Source of the DNA: a virus
Taxonomy: Duplodnaviria > Caudoviricetes
Virus record (IMG/VR): IMGVR_UViG_3300048911_000095
Coordinates: 1,188-65,187 of that record
DNA: 64,000 nucleotides
Strand: one strand, 5' to 3'
The translations under genes were made by a program, and so were the position numbers. The notes below the pieces were generated by a model. It was not told the origin of the DNA, did no database searches, and saw only the letters and a program-made list of their open reading frames with translations. This document shows positions 1 through 10,756 of this stretch, piece by piece. The stretch's first letter is position 1, and every line of letters starts with the position of its first letter.

Positions 1-108
1 AGATCTGATATATTTCCGCTATCGTGGCATTCGCAGTTCGGGCTTCTTGCGCGTGAATCTCAGCTTCACTCCTAAGTCGCTCGATTAGATTTTGTTCCTT
101 CGTCGTGG

Positions 109-297
109 TCATTTCTTTGGCTCCTCTGCCCTTGAAAAATCAACGCCCCAATCTTGTAAAGTTTTAGCAACTTCCGTCATTAAAAGCTGGTCGCATTCTT
201 CCTTTTCGATCCTGCAAATCTCGCGCATGAGTAACATCGCGGTTTCTGGGGACGTTGTGTAAATTAGGTCACTCGTGGGTTCTTGCGTCTTCATCAT
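109..297 (-). CDS. hypothetical protein
   Basis: 62-aa ORF, co-oriented with the minus-strand replication block. Confidence 0.5.
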   Translation of the reverse strand: MMKTQEPTSDLIYTTSPETAMLLMREICRIEKEECDQLLMTEVAKTLQDWGVDFSRAEEPKK

Positions 298-539
298 GTT
301 TGTTCTTTCACTCCCCTGCTTATAGAAGATTTATTTTTTTCACTAGGTTAAGTTTCGGCTCGTTTCGTCGGATAATGGATATATGGCTAAATTCACACAA
401 CGAAAAGGCGGCTTGGGTATGAAGCCCTTAAACATAGCGCCAAACAAAGCAAGATGGCATGGCGTGAGTGGCTCCGCGAAGCCGCTGAAACGGGCTATTA
501 CAATGCCCTTTCCCCAGAAACTGAAGAGAATGAAGATGA

Positions 540-881
540 TTAACATTTATCCCTCCGTAGCGGCATCCACTTAATCACTTTCCATTCGCACCACGAGACC
601 GTATCCTCTTCCGTCCAGCGATCAGGATTCATTCTAAAATGAAATACTTGATAACGGCTGACATCATCCCGAAAGTGCTTTAATTCAACTAAATATTCGC
701 TGTCTACATCCGGCAATCGATCTGAACATTTCACCCATCCGTTCTCTTCGGAGCGGGCGTTCCAGCCAGCGTCATAGAGAGATATACACAAATTGTGGAA
801 CGCATCGATATCCTCGCTTCGTTCGTAAACATCCGTTAGCTGGTCAATGGCTCGTTCTCTTGCGTCTTGTTCAGTTGGCAT
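540..881 (-). CDS. DUF551-like phage protein
   Basis: C-terminal WVKCSDRLP...WMPL signature; start moved to ATG 881, which follows CAGGAGG. Confidence 0.7.
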   Translation of the reverse strand: MPTEQDARERAIDQLTDVYERSEDIDAFHNLCISLYDAGWNARSEENGWVKCSDRLPDVDSEYLVELKHFRDDVSRYQVFHFRMNPDRWTEEDTVSWCEWKVIKWMPLRRDKC

Positions 882-960
882 GTTTCCTCCTGCGACATTT
901 GCAGTAGTGATACGAGTACCCACATTTATGACATACTGTGTTTGATTCGGTTGTCGCCAT
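871..960 (-). CDS. 29-aa Cys/His-rich mini-protein (not in ORF track)
   Basis: MATTESNTVCHKCGYSYHYCKCRRRKHAN; GGAA/GAGG upstream; abuts both neighbouring genes. Confidence 0.4.
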   Translation of the reverse strand: MATTESNTVCHKCGYSYHYCKCRRRKHAN

Positions 961-1185
961 CTATTTCCACCTCTCAAAATAGTTATCAATCCTGAGCTTC
1001 CAGTACGAGCCATCTGCCGCGCAATCGAGATGATCCCACTGGCGAACATCTGTCAAAAGCCGCTCTGCGTCATCGAGTCGAGAGCGGAGATTGGTTACGC
1101 ATTCCCTTGAAGAATGTCCCGCCGTACTGCCTGCGGTTCCGCCGCAAATACTGCATTGAGTTATTGTTTGTCCACCGATTCCCAT
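961..1185 (-). CDS. small zinc-knuckle-like protein
   Basis: CSIC-x9-H-x4-C motif; GGAGG RBS. Confidence 0.55.
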   Translation of the reverse strand: MGIGGQTITQCSICGGTAGSTAGHSSRECVTNLRSRLDDAERLLTDVRQWDHLDCAADGSYWKLRIDNYFERWK

Positions 1186-1233
1186 TACTTTACCTCCAAT
1201 AGCTGCTTGATCGTTTCGCGTATATTCATATCT

Positions 1234-2505
1234 TTACCTCATTCCTACCAGGAAATCTCTGCCTCCAAATATAGGCTTTTTCGTTTGCACGTTGTAGGTA
1301 TATGAAACCTTGTTGTGCCATTGGACCATATCGCCGTTCGGGTTTTCGTTCCACAGTTCCCACAGGTTCTTATGGTTCTTGCTCATGCGGATAGATTCAA
1401 TGGTTCCCATCGTCTTACAGGTTCCGGTGAAGTCCATTACCGCGCACCTTGCTTTGCCCTCGGCTGTTCTGACTCCGCGGCCAAGCATCTGATAGTAAAG
1501 GATCAGCGATTTAGTTGGCCGGATAAGGACAATGCAATCGAGAGCCGGATGATCGAAACCAGTAGTAAGCACTCCAACGTTGAACACGATCTTGGTTTCA
1601 CCATCCCTGAAGCGTTCAATGATCGCGTCACGCAGCTTATCCGGTGTCTTGCCATCGACTGCCTCAGATCCAGGGACGGCCTGAGACATCCTGTGAGCCT
1701 GAGACACGCTAGAACAGAACACTAAAGTTGATTTGAAATAGTCCCGAGCCTTGATGCATTTATCGATCATCACAGGTTCGTGCTTCAGCATGTGCTTAGA
1801 TACTTTCTCACCATCGAAATCCGTTCTGGCTCTATTGAGCGGGAGATCCTTTTGATCGACCAAGCTGCGGTCGTGATAGGTAAGCGGTGCGAGGTATCCA
1901 GCTCCGGTCAATTGCCCTGGATTAATGTTATAGATGATCCGGTTCCAAAACCTCGGCGTGAGCCTTACCAGTATCTTTAGGCCGCGTCCTACCATTCCAT
2001 CCTTGCCACTGCATTGCATGTTCCGGTACGGCGTGGCTGTGAGGCCAAAAACTTTGATCGGATGCAAGCCTTGGACTTCTCTGGCACGGTTGATCGCTGT
2101 GATGAAAGACGTAAACATTGAATCGAACTTCTTAGGATTCATCGTGTGGGCTTCGTCGATTATAACGACGCCAATGTGATCGAACTTTTCAGGATAAAGA
2201 TAGATCGACTGGATGGTTGCAAAGGTATATTTCCGGACATCCTTTCGGTTGAACGATGCTGAGTAAACCCCTAGTTCCATCGGGTGGATATACTGCAACA
2301 GCTTCCGTGCGTTCTGGTCTAAAATTTCCTTTGACGGTTGCAGTATCAGGATTTCTTCGTTCCGGCGATTGGCAAATTCGGCAATAACGATCGACTTACC
2401 GGCTCCGGTAGGCAACACCACCAGAGAGTTGCCAGGTTCGTCGCAATCAGCAAGCATTTTCCCGATCGCATCCTCTTGGTATGGCCTCGGTTGAAATGGC
2501 ATCAA
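1234..2505 (-). CDS. superfamily 2 DEAD/DEAH-box helicase (RadD/YejH-like)
   Basis: LPTGAGKS (Walker A), IIDEAH, GLTATP, VLTTGFD, QMLGRGVR motifs. Confidence 0.92.
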   Translation of the reverse strand: MMPFQPRPYQEDAIGKMLADCDEPGNSLVVLPTGAGKSIVIAEFANRRNEEILILQPSKEILDQNARKLLQYIHPMELGVYSASFNRKDVRKYTFATIQSIYLYPEKFDHIGVVIIDEAHTMNPKKFDSMFTSFITAINRAREVQGLHPIKVFGLTATPYRNMQCSGKDGMVGRGLKILVRLTPRFWNRIIYNINPGQLTGAGYLAPLTYHDRSLVDQKDLPLNRARTDFDGEKVSKHMLKHEPVMIDKCIKARDYFKSTLVFCSSVSQAHRMSQAVPGSEAVDGKTPDKLRDAIIERFRDGETKIVFNVGVLTTGFDHPALDCIVLIRPTKSLILYYQMLGRGVRTAEGKARCAVMDFTGTCKTMGTIESIRMSKNHKNLWELWNENPNGDMVQWHNKVSYTYNVQTKKPIFGGRDFLVGMR

Positions 2506-2726
2506 TCCCCCTTATAATCCTCGTCATATTGCACGATCGGGATAACCAGATCGTCTTTATAAAAACTGGCTAGAACGCCACGACTGTTTCGACCGGAGAG
2601 GCATACAGCGTTAGAGCCGTTTCTGATATCTGTGAGTAACCCGACAGCAATTTTCACGTGCAATCTGCCTTTGCGGACGAATTGCTGGCCATCATTTAAG
2701 GCTTTGAACTTGATTTCTTTTGCCAT
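2502..2726 (-). CDS. hypothetical protein
   Basis: GGAGG RBS; stop overlaps the helicase start. Confidence 0.55.
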   Translation of the reverse strand: MAKEIKFKALNDGQQFVRKGRLHVKIAVGLLTDIRNGSNAVCLSGRNSRGVLASFYKDDLVIPIVQYDEDYKGD

Positions 2727-2949
2727 CCTTTTTAACCTCCGTGAATGTTACGATCCGCATTTCGACTTTATATCTCAACTTCCTATTAAAGTCATCGATC
2801 CACGCTTGGCAGTCTTTCTTACGAAAGAAAGCAATTACGTCCCTGTAGACATAAACAATCTCTGGCTTATCCACTGCGTATGTTTGTGCAGTCATGATAG
2901 TGAAAATATTGGTTACGTAGTCCTTTCTGACCGGAACATAAAGTTTCAT
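2692..2949 (-). CDS. hypothetical protein
   Basis: Start moved to ATG 2949 (GAGG RBS, directly behind the 17-bp palindrome). Confidence 0.55.
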   Translation of the reverse strand: MKLYVPVRKDYVTNIFTIMTAQTYAVDKPEIVYVYRDVIAFFRKKDCQAWIDDFNRKLRYKVEMRIVTFTEVKKDGKRNQVQSLK

Positions 2950-3172
2950 GTTTACCTCATTGTTGGGAACTGCCCAACACCAAAAAAGCAAGGGTGGCAT
3001 CCGGCAAATAGATACCACCCTTTCGGAGGCCGGGACAGCAAGGCAATGACGAAAAGCTGTCCCGGATCTTAATTTGTTCTAAGTAAAAATCTTTCAATGT
3101 TTGCCATTCAATTCCAACCTTTTTCGTGCCAATAAGTATATTCCAAGTTGAAAAGAAAGGTCAATGTTTATT

Positions 3173-3865
3173 TCAGTCCTGTATCAAAGCTTCGTACCAA
3201 TCGATAAGGCCGTTTCTGATCGGTATCGAGACGGCCACATTGGAATTATCCAGATCATCGATTGTCAAAGACTTCGGACCCTCTTTGTCCATCCTGATTC
3301 CGACCTCTTGCAAGAGCCTGATCTTATCGGCCGGGATATAGAACACTCTCTTATACTCGGCAAATTTGACCATGAAACCAGACACCTTGTAACCGCAAAG
3401 TCCTGCGATGTAGCTCTCTGTAGTTTGATGATCTTTGAAGCGTGAGAGAGCTATCCTATCGCCTTTCTCAACCGTCTTGGCATCGAACCGGACTGAGAAC
3501 GTCGATCCGCCACCGGAGAAGTCAACCATCGACCTGACCATGATGATATAAGATCCGGCCTCGGTCTTAGCTACCATGTTCTTACCCTTTGCAGTGCTTG
3601 CTATCTTGTGTGCGTTCTGAGGCGTTGTATAAGCCCACTCATTTTCGTTCCGGTGGACATCGGCCAGACGTTTCAGACGGTAGTAGTCATGAGTGGTTTT
3701 CAATTCGTTCTCAAACTCTTTTCCAAGGTTTGCTTTCGATGCTTTATACTGCGGTTTATTGGCTGTCAGTTCTTGAGCTACGGTCCCGCCGTCTTTTGTC
3801 ATTCGTTTTGCCAGATCAGGCGGGAGATCTGCAAGTGAGTTAAATCTTAGAGCCATCGTTTTCAT
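3173..3865 (-). CDS. RecU-like Holliday junction resolvase (PD-(D/E)XK nuclease)
   Basis: NLGKEFE, VDFSG, FDAK, FKDHQ motif order typical of RecU. Confidence 0.8.
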   Translation of the reverse strand: MKTMALRFNSLADLPPDLAKRMTKDGGTVAQELTANKPQYKASKANLGKEFENELKTTHDYYRLKRLADVHRNENEWAYTTPQNAHKIASTAKGKNMVAKTEAGSYIIMVRSMVDFSGGGSTFSVRFDAKTVEKGDRIALSRFKDHQTTESYIAGLCGYKVSGFMVKFAEYKRVFYIPADKIRLLQEVGIRMDKEGPKSLTIDDLDNSNVAVSIPIRNGLIDWYEALIQD

Positions 3866-3998
3866 CCTCCCATCCGTATGATAATCGAGACTTGCGAGAT
3901 CGCATCCTTTTAATGATCCAGATCAGCATTGATATCCACGTATCAATGATAAGGATCAGCAATAGACATTGCAGAATAAACAAAGCCATATTTCCTCC

Positions 3999-4436
3999 TT
4001 AGAATGGTGCTGGTTCGTCTGGATCTTCCTTGTAGATCTCAGCCCACATTCCATCTCGCAAGTTTGTCATCTTATTAGCAATGTCCTCGGCTGCGATATC
4101 TCTCAGGATTATCCTTGCAATGTCCTCGGCAATAATCAATCCGGCCTTGTGTGGTAATGCATCAACCGTGTTGAGGTAGGTTTCGATGGCATCAGGTGGA
4201 TTGTCCCAATGGCCACCGCTACTCATACCCCAATGCGTGATCGTAATGAGATCGTTGTTGCCAAAATCCAAGGTGTATTCGTCGCCGATGTCGATAAACG
4301 CACCGCAATCCGCGGCCGTTGTGGTTTCCGTGATGTCCTCGGGATCGTATTCATCGCTGAACTCAACCTCTCGATCGGGAAACGCCCGTTTCAGAAAGGC
4401 TAGGATGTTTTCGTTTCGTTGCTTGAATATTTCCAT
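3999..4436 (-). CDS. acidic hypothetical protein
   Basis: Start moved to ATG 4436 after GGAGAA. Confidence 0.55.
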   Translation of the reverse strand: MEIFKQRNENILAFLKRAFPDREVEFSDEYDPEDITETTTAADCGAFIDIGDEYTLDFGNNDLITITHWGMSSGGHWDNPPDAIETYLNTVDALPHKAGLIIAEDIARIILRDIAAEDIANKMTNLRDGMWAEIYKEDPDEPAPF

Positions 4437-4996
4437 CGTTTGTTTTCTCCGTCTGCCTCGTATTTTTTCACTTCCTCCATTATTTGCGGCATCTGTCGGC
4501 CTGAGATCGGCATTATCCATCCGCGGGTTTTGCCGTTCGCTGCGAACCGAACGCAATAAAAATCTCTATCATTTGGTTTCAGCGATACAAAGAATTTCGC
4601 ATTCGGATAGAGCGTTATGACCGCATCGTAATATCTCAGATCAATGGCGCTTTCGCCCTCGAACCAAACGAAAGCCGTTATGCGGTCGATGTTGTCCATG
4701 ACTCGGATTCTCTGTCCGATCTTATTCTTTTTTTCATCGTCCACCCGTTCGATGAACAGAGGCTTGATCGGTTTCGGACAGCCAGGAAACTTTTTAGTTG
4801 CGTCCGTCTTGTCGGCTATTCTGTCCCAGATCGGATCTGTCGCTGGTTTATATTTCCATTGCGGATTTTCGAGAAGCAAGATATGCGCATCAGACATTCC
4901 TTGGCCTCTGGCACCGCAATTTAGAACTTTAACTGGCCGGAACCAATGAGTTTCTTTAACCTCCGGTTTATGATCTTGGATCTGAATTATTTTCAT
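4400..4996 (-). CDS. hypothetical protein
   Basis: 198-aa ORF starting 4 nt after the dnaB stop. Confidence 0.6.
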   Translation of the reverse strand: MKIIQIQDHKPEVKETHWFRPVKVLNCGARGQGMSDAHILLLENPQWKYKPATDPIWDRIADKTDATKKFPGCPKPIKPLFIERVDDEKKNKIGQRIRVMDNIDRITAFVWFEGESAIDLRYYDAVITLYPNAKFFVSLKPNDRDFYCVRFAANGKTRGWIMPISGRQMPQIMEEVKKYEADGENKRWKYSSNETKTS

Positions 4997-5000
4997 TGCC

Positions 5001-6374
5001 TTATTCCCCCTTTGCCAAATTCTCGAATCGGCTGTACTCAGCCAGCCATGTTAGTTTCACCTTGCCTGTAGGTCCGTTGCGATTCTTAGCCACGATAACC
5101 TCACCAATACCCTGCACCGCCGGATCATCACGCTTATAGTAACCCTCTCGGTACATGAAAAGAACAATATCCGAATCTTCCTCGATAGAACCGGATTCTT
5201 TCAGATCCGACAACATCGGTATCGGCGGTTTTCGGTCCTCAACCTTACGCGATAGCTGACAAAGCAAGATGATCGGGACATCGAGATCCTTTGCCAGCGA
5301 TTTTAATATTTTCATGCTCTTGGAAATGCCGTGGTGTAGGTTCAGAATCTTGGGATCGTGTTTCATGAATCCCAAGTGATCTATCACTATAAGATCGAGG
5401 CGTTTCTTTTTCGTGGCAAGCTTTCTGGCCTTGGCCTTGATCTCTAAAGCCGATAGATAGGATTGGTCAGTGATATATAGACCGCGATCCTGAAAGTAAT
5501 TGACTGCGTATTGAACACGGCCAAATTCTGATCTAGCCATAAAGCCACGGCGCATGCGTCCTGAGTCAACTCTGGCCGTCATTGAGAGCAACCGACTAGC
5601 GATAGACTCTATTCCCATTTCAAGAGAGAAGAACGCTACCACCAAATCCCTGTCTGCCTCGATGGTCTGATCCATGATGTCCAAAGCGATAGCCGATTTA
5701 CCCATTGACGGCCTACCGCCTAAAGTTATGATCGACTTCTTTTCCAAGCCGCCGATCATATCGTCTAATCGTTTGAAGCCAGTGGAAATCCCGAGCAATG
5801 AATGTTCCGAATTGTCAGCAAGAGCACGGATCTTGATGGCCATCTGTTCGGTGACTATAGATGCTTTCTGGAAGTCCTCGCCTTGCGGTCCTTTAGACCT
5901 CAGTTCATAGATTCGTTGCTCATGTTCGTCAAGCAACGTGTCCGATTCGTCCGATTCAGCCAGGATGTCGCTGACTGTTCGGTTACACTCGATGATAAGC
6001 TGCCTGAGTCTCGATTTGTCGGCAACCGTCTTGATGTATTTATCGATGTTCGAAAAATGCGGAATACCATAGGCCAGGTTGGTGATCGTATTGATCCCGC
6101 CAATGCTTTCGATTGCCGATCCATCTTTCTTTAGTTCCTCGGCTATGAGGATCGCGTCGATGCTTGATCCGGCCTCAAAGAGCGAGATCATTGCACCGCA
6201 TACCCTCCGGTGAAGCGGCGAATAGAAGTCCTCGGGGGAAAGACTTCCTATCCAGTGAGAGATCAGATCGTTGTCCAGTAATACGGCACCGAGGACTATG
6301 CGTTCGGCGTCCGTATTACTAGGCAACGGCCTCTCTAAATATCTTTCCTGTCGGGGATAATTATCGTTTGCCAT
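5001..6374 (-). CDS. dnaB: replicative DNA helicase DnaB
   Basis: N-terminal AERIVLGAVLLD, GGRPSMGKS (Walker A), FSLEM, IVIDHL, QLSR, LKESGSIEEDSD, AKNRNGPTG. Confidence 0.96.
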   Translation of the reverse strand: MANDNYPRQERYLERPLPSNTDAERIVLGAVLLDNDLISHWIGSLSPEDFYSPLHRRVCGAMISLFEAGSSIDAILIAEELKKDGSAIESIGGINTITNLAYGIPHFSNIDKYIKTVADKSRLRQLIIECNRTVSDILAESDESDTLLDEHEQRIYELRSKGPQGEDFQKASIVTEQMAIKIRALADNSEHSLLGISTGFKRLDDMIGGLEKKSIITLGGRPSMGKSAIALDIMDQTIEADRDLVVAFFSLEMGIESIASRLLSMTARVDSGRMRRGFMARSEFGRVQYAVNYFQDRGLYITDQSYLSALEIKAKARKLATKKKRLDLIVIDHLGFMKHDPKILNLHHGISKSMKILKSLAKDLDVPIILLCQLSRKVEDRKPPIPMLSDLKESGSIEEDSDIVLFMYREGYYKRDDPAVQGIGEVIVAKNRNGPTGKVKLTWLAEYSRFENLAKGE

Positions 6375-6449
6375 TTGTTAAAAAGTCGCGGAGAAATTTC
6401 CAGAAAAAATTTAGGTGAAATGAAAAAACGTTGGACGGTTCCCAACATT

Positions 6450-6914
6450 TCAGAACGGAATATGTTGGTTTTTGCAATACTCGCTGCAAAAGATATCCGA
6501 TCCAAATTTCACAGGCTCAAGTGAAAAAGCTTGCTTGCATGATAGACAGGTAAATGTCTCTGTATATCCTTTGCGAATATCAGCAAAAATATCGCGAAGG
6601 GCGTCTACTAACGTTGCACGGCTCGGTGCAACCGGAACCTCGATCTTTTCAGGCATGGCTTTTGGCACGTTGATCTGGTTTTGAGTAATCAGATCGTTGA
6701 TGGCAAATTGCAACGGCGTCGATCCTCCAAATTGTCCATTCCCGTTACATTTAACGCATTTGTAATACAGATCTTTTTGATCTGGCATTAGACCACTGCC
6801 AGCCTTCAAAACTTCCTGCATCTTTTTGCGGATTTGCAAATCTTCTATCAGGCCAGTTCCCTTACATTGGTCGCATTGCTCTGTCCAAGCAACCGTGTAT
6901 TCCCTTTTTGCCAT
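6450..6914 (-). CDS. zinc-finger protein (CxxCxGxG repeats plus CxxC...FCS-x2-C)
   Basis: CDQCKGTG, CVKCNGNG, CLSC, FCSEYC. Confidence 0.65.
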   Translation of the reverse strand: MAKREYTVAWTEQCDQCKGTGLIEDLQIRKKMQEVLKAGSGLMPDQKDLYYKCVKCNGNGQFGGSTPLQFAINDLITQNQINVPKAMPEKIEVPVAPSRATLVDALRDIFADIRKGYTETFTCLSCKQAFSLEPVKFGSDIFCSEYCKNQHIPF

Positions 6915-6926
6915 TGTGTTTTCTCC

Positions 6927-8189
6927 TTATGAATTTATTCTCTGTATCTGTGTGAACGTAGCCGAGAATCCTTTGATCGTTTCCTCGACTGTCTCAGGGA
7001 TAACCGATCTAAATACTCGGCAACCCTCTTGTATGCATGCCGCCAAATAATCCTCGTCAACTATCCCGACTCCGGCGTCGCCGAGATCCGTGCGTGTCTT
7101 GCAGAACTCCAATATTTCGGCCCTGGAGCATTCGCTAATGAAGAAACCGGCTATCTGTCGAGCGAAAGCACGGTATCTCGGTGCATTCTGCGGTTCTACC
7201 TTTGGCTGGAATGCGGATTGTTGGCCATTAGAGGCCGTCTGAGCCTCTTTTGCGACCTTTTTGGCATACTGGCTAACACCGCCAGCTAAAAACGATTGTA
7301 GCTCGATTATAGCCTTATCCGATGTGATCCCTTTTGCTTCGGCATAACCTCGCATCTTTGCAAACTGAATCTCATTCCGGAAGATCAGCTCCATATCGTC
7401 ATAAACCTTGTCTTTATTGTTCTCGTGCCGTGCCTGGTGATAGTCGGATACGACACAACCGATGATGGCCTGTGCAGCGAGGTTCAGGCCGGGAACATCA
7501 CGCTTTGCCTTTAAGATAGTTTTCAATGGTCCTCGACGGCTCTTGTCGTAAATGTATGAAGCCGTCTTGCCGTGAATGTGGCTGTGGAACTTACAGAGCC
7601 AGTTGATCTGTTGTTCAAGCGGATCTTTGACGGCTTCCGGATCGCTTCCCGTCGATACATCGTCAATAGGTTCTGCTTCGGCCTGTTGCCTCGATCGTCT
7701 TTTTCTCTTGGTTGGTTGCCACTCGCTTATCCACGATTTCGGTATGTTGTCATCGATCCATTTGTTGATGAAATCGACCTCAAGCTTGTACCATCCGCAA
7801 TTCAGTGGATATGTGGCCTGAATGTCCTCCGGTACGTTGTCGGTAACGAATCCGCGCTTGACCAATAAAGCCAGGGCATCGGCTATGACATCGTTACCGC
7901 GTCCCCCGAGTAAACATTCCTGCAAGTAGGTGTTCGGGTACGGCATCCAATCACCGATTTGCTGCATACCTCGATGGCCTCTCTGATACCCGCGGTTGAT
8001 GATCTCAAACAGGATACGGTTTGCCAGTTTGTTATTAAAGTGAAACTCCATTACCGAAAGGATCTCGGCCGCACAGTGTGGAATGTCGGTCCGTCTTTTT
8101 CCTTTCGGAAGTTCACATGCTTTGACTTGCCAATCATGACGCCGGATGAAATAGCTTCCCTCTGGATGCCTAATAGCTGATGACTTCAT
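6927..8189 (-). CDS. putative phage replication initiator (O-like)
   Basis: Position upstream of dnaB; AIIGCVVSDYHQ...YDDMELIFR motif resembling initiator C-termini; basic/acidic linker. Confidence 0.55.
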   Translation of the reverse strand: MKSSAIRHPEGSYFIRRHDWQVKACELPKGKRRTDIPHCAAEILSVMEFHFNNKLANRILFEIINRGYQRGHRGMQQIGDWMPYPNTYLQECLLGGRGNDVIADALALLVKRGFVTDNVPEDIQATYPLNCGWYKLEVDFINKWIDDNIPKSWISEWQPTKRKRRSRQQAEAEPIDDVSTGSDPEAVKDPLEQQINWLCKFHSHIHGKTASYIYDKSRRGPLKTILKAKRDVPGLNLAAQAIIGCVVSDYHQARHENNKDKVYDDMELIFRNEIQFAKMRGYAEAKGITSDKAIIELQSFLAGGVSQYAKKVAKEAQTASNGQQSAFQPKVEPQNAPRYRAFARQIAGFFISECSRAEILEFCKTRTDLGDAGVGIVDEDYLAACIQEGCRVFRSVIPETVEETIKGFSATFTQIQRINS

Positions 8190-8503
8190 TTGCCTGTGTT
8201 CCTCGTTTTGTATTTCTTACATCGTTTGTCGTACTTCCTACCCATCTCGGATCGCTTTCCTCGCTTCCGTGGACGCCACCACTGCTTACGCAACTTGATA
8301 CCCAATCTTGCTAATCGGCGTGGACATTTAGGACTTTCGTCATCGCAGAAAAGCAATGTACAACTCAGACATTTGTCGATCAAATACTGCGGTTCTTTTC
8401 TCGGATGTTCCCAGTCAACGCTATCGGATGCGAGGTTGTATCGCTGTATGACTTCGCCGATTGTGTGCGATATAGACGGTATCTTTTGACGTGAATACAC
8501 CAT
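8186..8503 (-). CDS. basic Cys-containing hypothetical protein
   Basis: CLSC...C...C and Arg/Lys-rich tail; stop overlaps the initiator start. Confidence 0.55.
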   Translation of the reverse strand: MVYSRQKIPSISHTIGEVIQRYNLASDSVDWEHPRKEPQYLIDKCLSCTLLFCDDESPKCPRRLARLGIKLRKQWWRPRKRGKRSEMGRKYDKRCKKYKTRNTGK

Positions 8504-8624
8504 CTTGCGTTTATAATCCTTTTCGCTTATGCTTAATCACGGTCGCAAGGCCAAAATGTTTGAAACCTACCTATTACTTTGACGGTGATCTTAGATCATC
8601 GTTACAAGTCTTATGTGCCAGTTT

Positions 8625-8912
8625 TCAAACCTTTTTCGTGACACCCGGGTTTTGCCGCCCGGGTGTTATTATTTTGTCTTTCTTAGTTATCCGTTGGAAC
8701 GATCCCTGTTCATCGTAGATCTCCAGACTTTTAGCCGGAAAATAGAACTGGTCGATGCCCTGATCTCGATTGCCCCATTTAGGATCATGAACGCATCGGC
8801 ATTTATACATCAACGTTTCATTGTAAAACTCGATGACCTCGAACACATCGCCACCATATTGCCGATTCGTGATCTTGAACTGGTCAGTTGGCATTAACCG
8901 GATCTTGAGCAT
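8625..8912 (-). CDS. hypothetical protein
   Basis: GGAGG RBS. Confidence 0.55.
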   Translation of the reverse strand: MLKIRLMPTDQFKITNRQYGGDVFEVIEFYNETLMYKCRCVHDPKWGNRDQGIDQFYFPAKSLEIYDEQGSFQRITKKDKIITPGRQNPGVTKKV

Positions 8913-9138
8913 TTAGCCTCCGATTTATTTTGAGAGAAAAATATGGTGGCAAGGTCAAATCTAATTAAACCCCTTGCCACCTTTCCGGTGCCGATGTCCT
9001 ATAGCAACGGTCAATTGCTAACCTTGATTTAGCGCCCGGAACGCAAGAATCATTTTCAGGACATCGGCTTGCGTCGGGTTTAGGTTGATATTGCTATCAA
9101 GCTGTCCGTCCGCTATTGTGGCGCGTCCGCCACAATCC

Positions 9139-10674
9139 TTATGCTTTCTCGTACCGGATACGCTTGCCGTTAACCTCGATGTTAAGCAATGCACCCGAAT
9201 CCGCATCGATCTGCCAACGGCACTTACAACCCGTCTGGAATCGGCCTGTACCGATAGATAGGATTTTCGTGTTGCCGTGCCGACTGCAAACAATGCCCAG
9301 ATCTCCAGGCTCGCCCTTGAAATCTTCCATTGGCTCGGATCGCTTTGGCGGTGTGGCCGGAGCGTTGGTTTCTTCCCAACTCTTTTGTACCTCGCTGCGA
9401 ATGAGATCCGACTTGGCCATAAGGTTCTGAGCCGTCGATTCAATCACCTGTTCGCGGATGGCAGATAAAGCGATACCCTTTTTCTTGGCATCTTCGAGCG
9501 TGTATTGCTTACCGTCAACCTCAACCATACCGGACTGAATAACGTCCTTTAGCGTGTCGTGGAAGTTCTGAACAAATCGAGGCGTGATCTGTGCGTTGCC
9601 ATCCTTGTCTTTCGGTGCTACGTCAACCAGCAACCGCATCTGTTCCTTGATGATCGGCTTGAGATCTTCAAAGCCTTTCGTCTTGCCAATCCCCATCTCA
9701 GAGGCCAATTTGTTGACGCCCTGCATTAGCTCGGTTGTCGTATTGGCCGATAGCTGAAGCTGTTCGCTTTGCTTGATGCCCTCGATAGCCACGGTGTGGT
9801 ATCCGGAAAGCTGTGCAAGCAACTGGCCGTATGATCGGTTAATACCAAACTCTCGATCCATGTACTCGGCAAACGTCTGTGGCTTGCCATCCTTGCCGAT
9901 ACGATAGAGTTTCTTGGCTCTGACCGCATCGAGGATCGCACCCATCCTGTAAGGAGCTGAGTCAAAGGTCGATTTGATCTCGATCAATTCCTTTTCCAAT
10001 TCAGCTTTCTCGGCCTTTTCCTCTTTGGTCAAAGGTGCATCGTCGGCTGGGACTAACGCGGCCTCGGCGATCGCCTGTCGAACCAACGCTTGCTTTTTCT
10101 TGAAGCCTTCAGCCTGTGCCTCAGACGCAAGCACCCAACTCTTGGCAACGTACTTGACGGTTTTCTCTTTGCTGTCGTGGACATACGACACGTTCATCTT
10201 GCCGTTGTCGCCCTGGACGATCTCACCTAACAGGCTCTTATCGCGGTTAAAGACGATCGAGCCAAAGGTTGGATCATTCGTGATTACCGGCTTGCCTTTC
10301 TTGGAGTCGGGTATCGGACCGTTTTCACGCTTTACCTTGGCCAGTAATGACAGATCGGTTGAGTAAAAGAAGTCAGTCGAAAATACAACCTCGCCCTTAT
10401 CGATCATGGCCGTCGCGGTTTCTTCGGTGAATGCATCCGTCTTGAGGATGTCGGCCAGTGCATCTTTACGGCTTACCATTCTGGCCTCGCCTGATCCTTT
10501 CTGATCTAAGCGATAGACCTTTCCGCTCGGCGTGGTTGCTTGGCCTTTTGGAGCTGAACCTTTATCGGCACCGGAAGCTGCTTTTGCTGCCGATTTTGTT
10601 GCTTTGCCGGAATCGGCTTTTTTGTCTTTTGCCGTGCCTTTCTTGCTACCTTTTTCGTCTTTTTCATTTCTCAT
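9139..10674 (-). CDS. large putative DNA-binding protein (Lys/Ala-rich N-terminus, DUF3102-like HTH)
   Basis: Histone-like N-terminus; KKLYR...TFAEYMDREFGINRSYG motif. Confidence 0.55.
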   Translation of the reverse strand: MRNEKDEKGSKKGTAKDKKADSGKATKSAAKAASGADKGSAPKGQATTPSGKVYRLDQKGSGEARMVSRKDALADILKTDAFTEETATAMIDKGEVVFSTDFFYSTDLSLLAKVKRENGPIPDSKKGKPVITNDPTFGSIVFNRDKSLLGEIVQGDNGKMNVSYVHDSKEKTVKYVAKSWVLASEAQAEGFKKKQALVRQAIAEAALVPADDAPLTKEEKAEKAELEKELIEIKSTFDSAPYRMGAILDAVRAKKLYRIGKDGKPQTFAEYMDREFGINRSYGQLLAQLSGYHTVAIEGIKQSEQLQLSANTTTELMQGVNKLASEMGIGKTKGFEDLKPIIKEQMRLLVDVAPKDKDGNAQITPRFVQNFHDTLKDVIQSGMVEVDGKQYTLEDAKKKGIALSAIREQVIESTAQNLMAKSDLIRSEVQKSWEETNAPATPPKRSEPMEDFKGEPGDLGIVCSRHGNTKILSIGTGRFQTGCKCRWQIDADSGALLNIEVNGKRIRYEKA

Positions 10675-10756
10675 TTTTATTCAAGTTCTCCCTTTTTGGT
10701 TTTTGACTAGTCAGTAAAAAGGATGTCGGGAAGTTCCCAACATCCTGTGAGTATTG

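Noticed and set aside
4400-4996. DNA polymerase III beta-clamp-like call
   Set aside because: Only a weak C-terminal resemblance (GWIMPI); insufficient without a profile search.
9018-9443. Same-strand alternative-frame ORF at the end of 9139..10674
   Set aside because: No RBS or recognisable motif, unlike the methyltransferase overlap.
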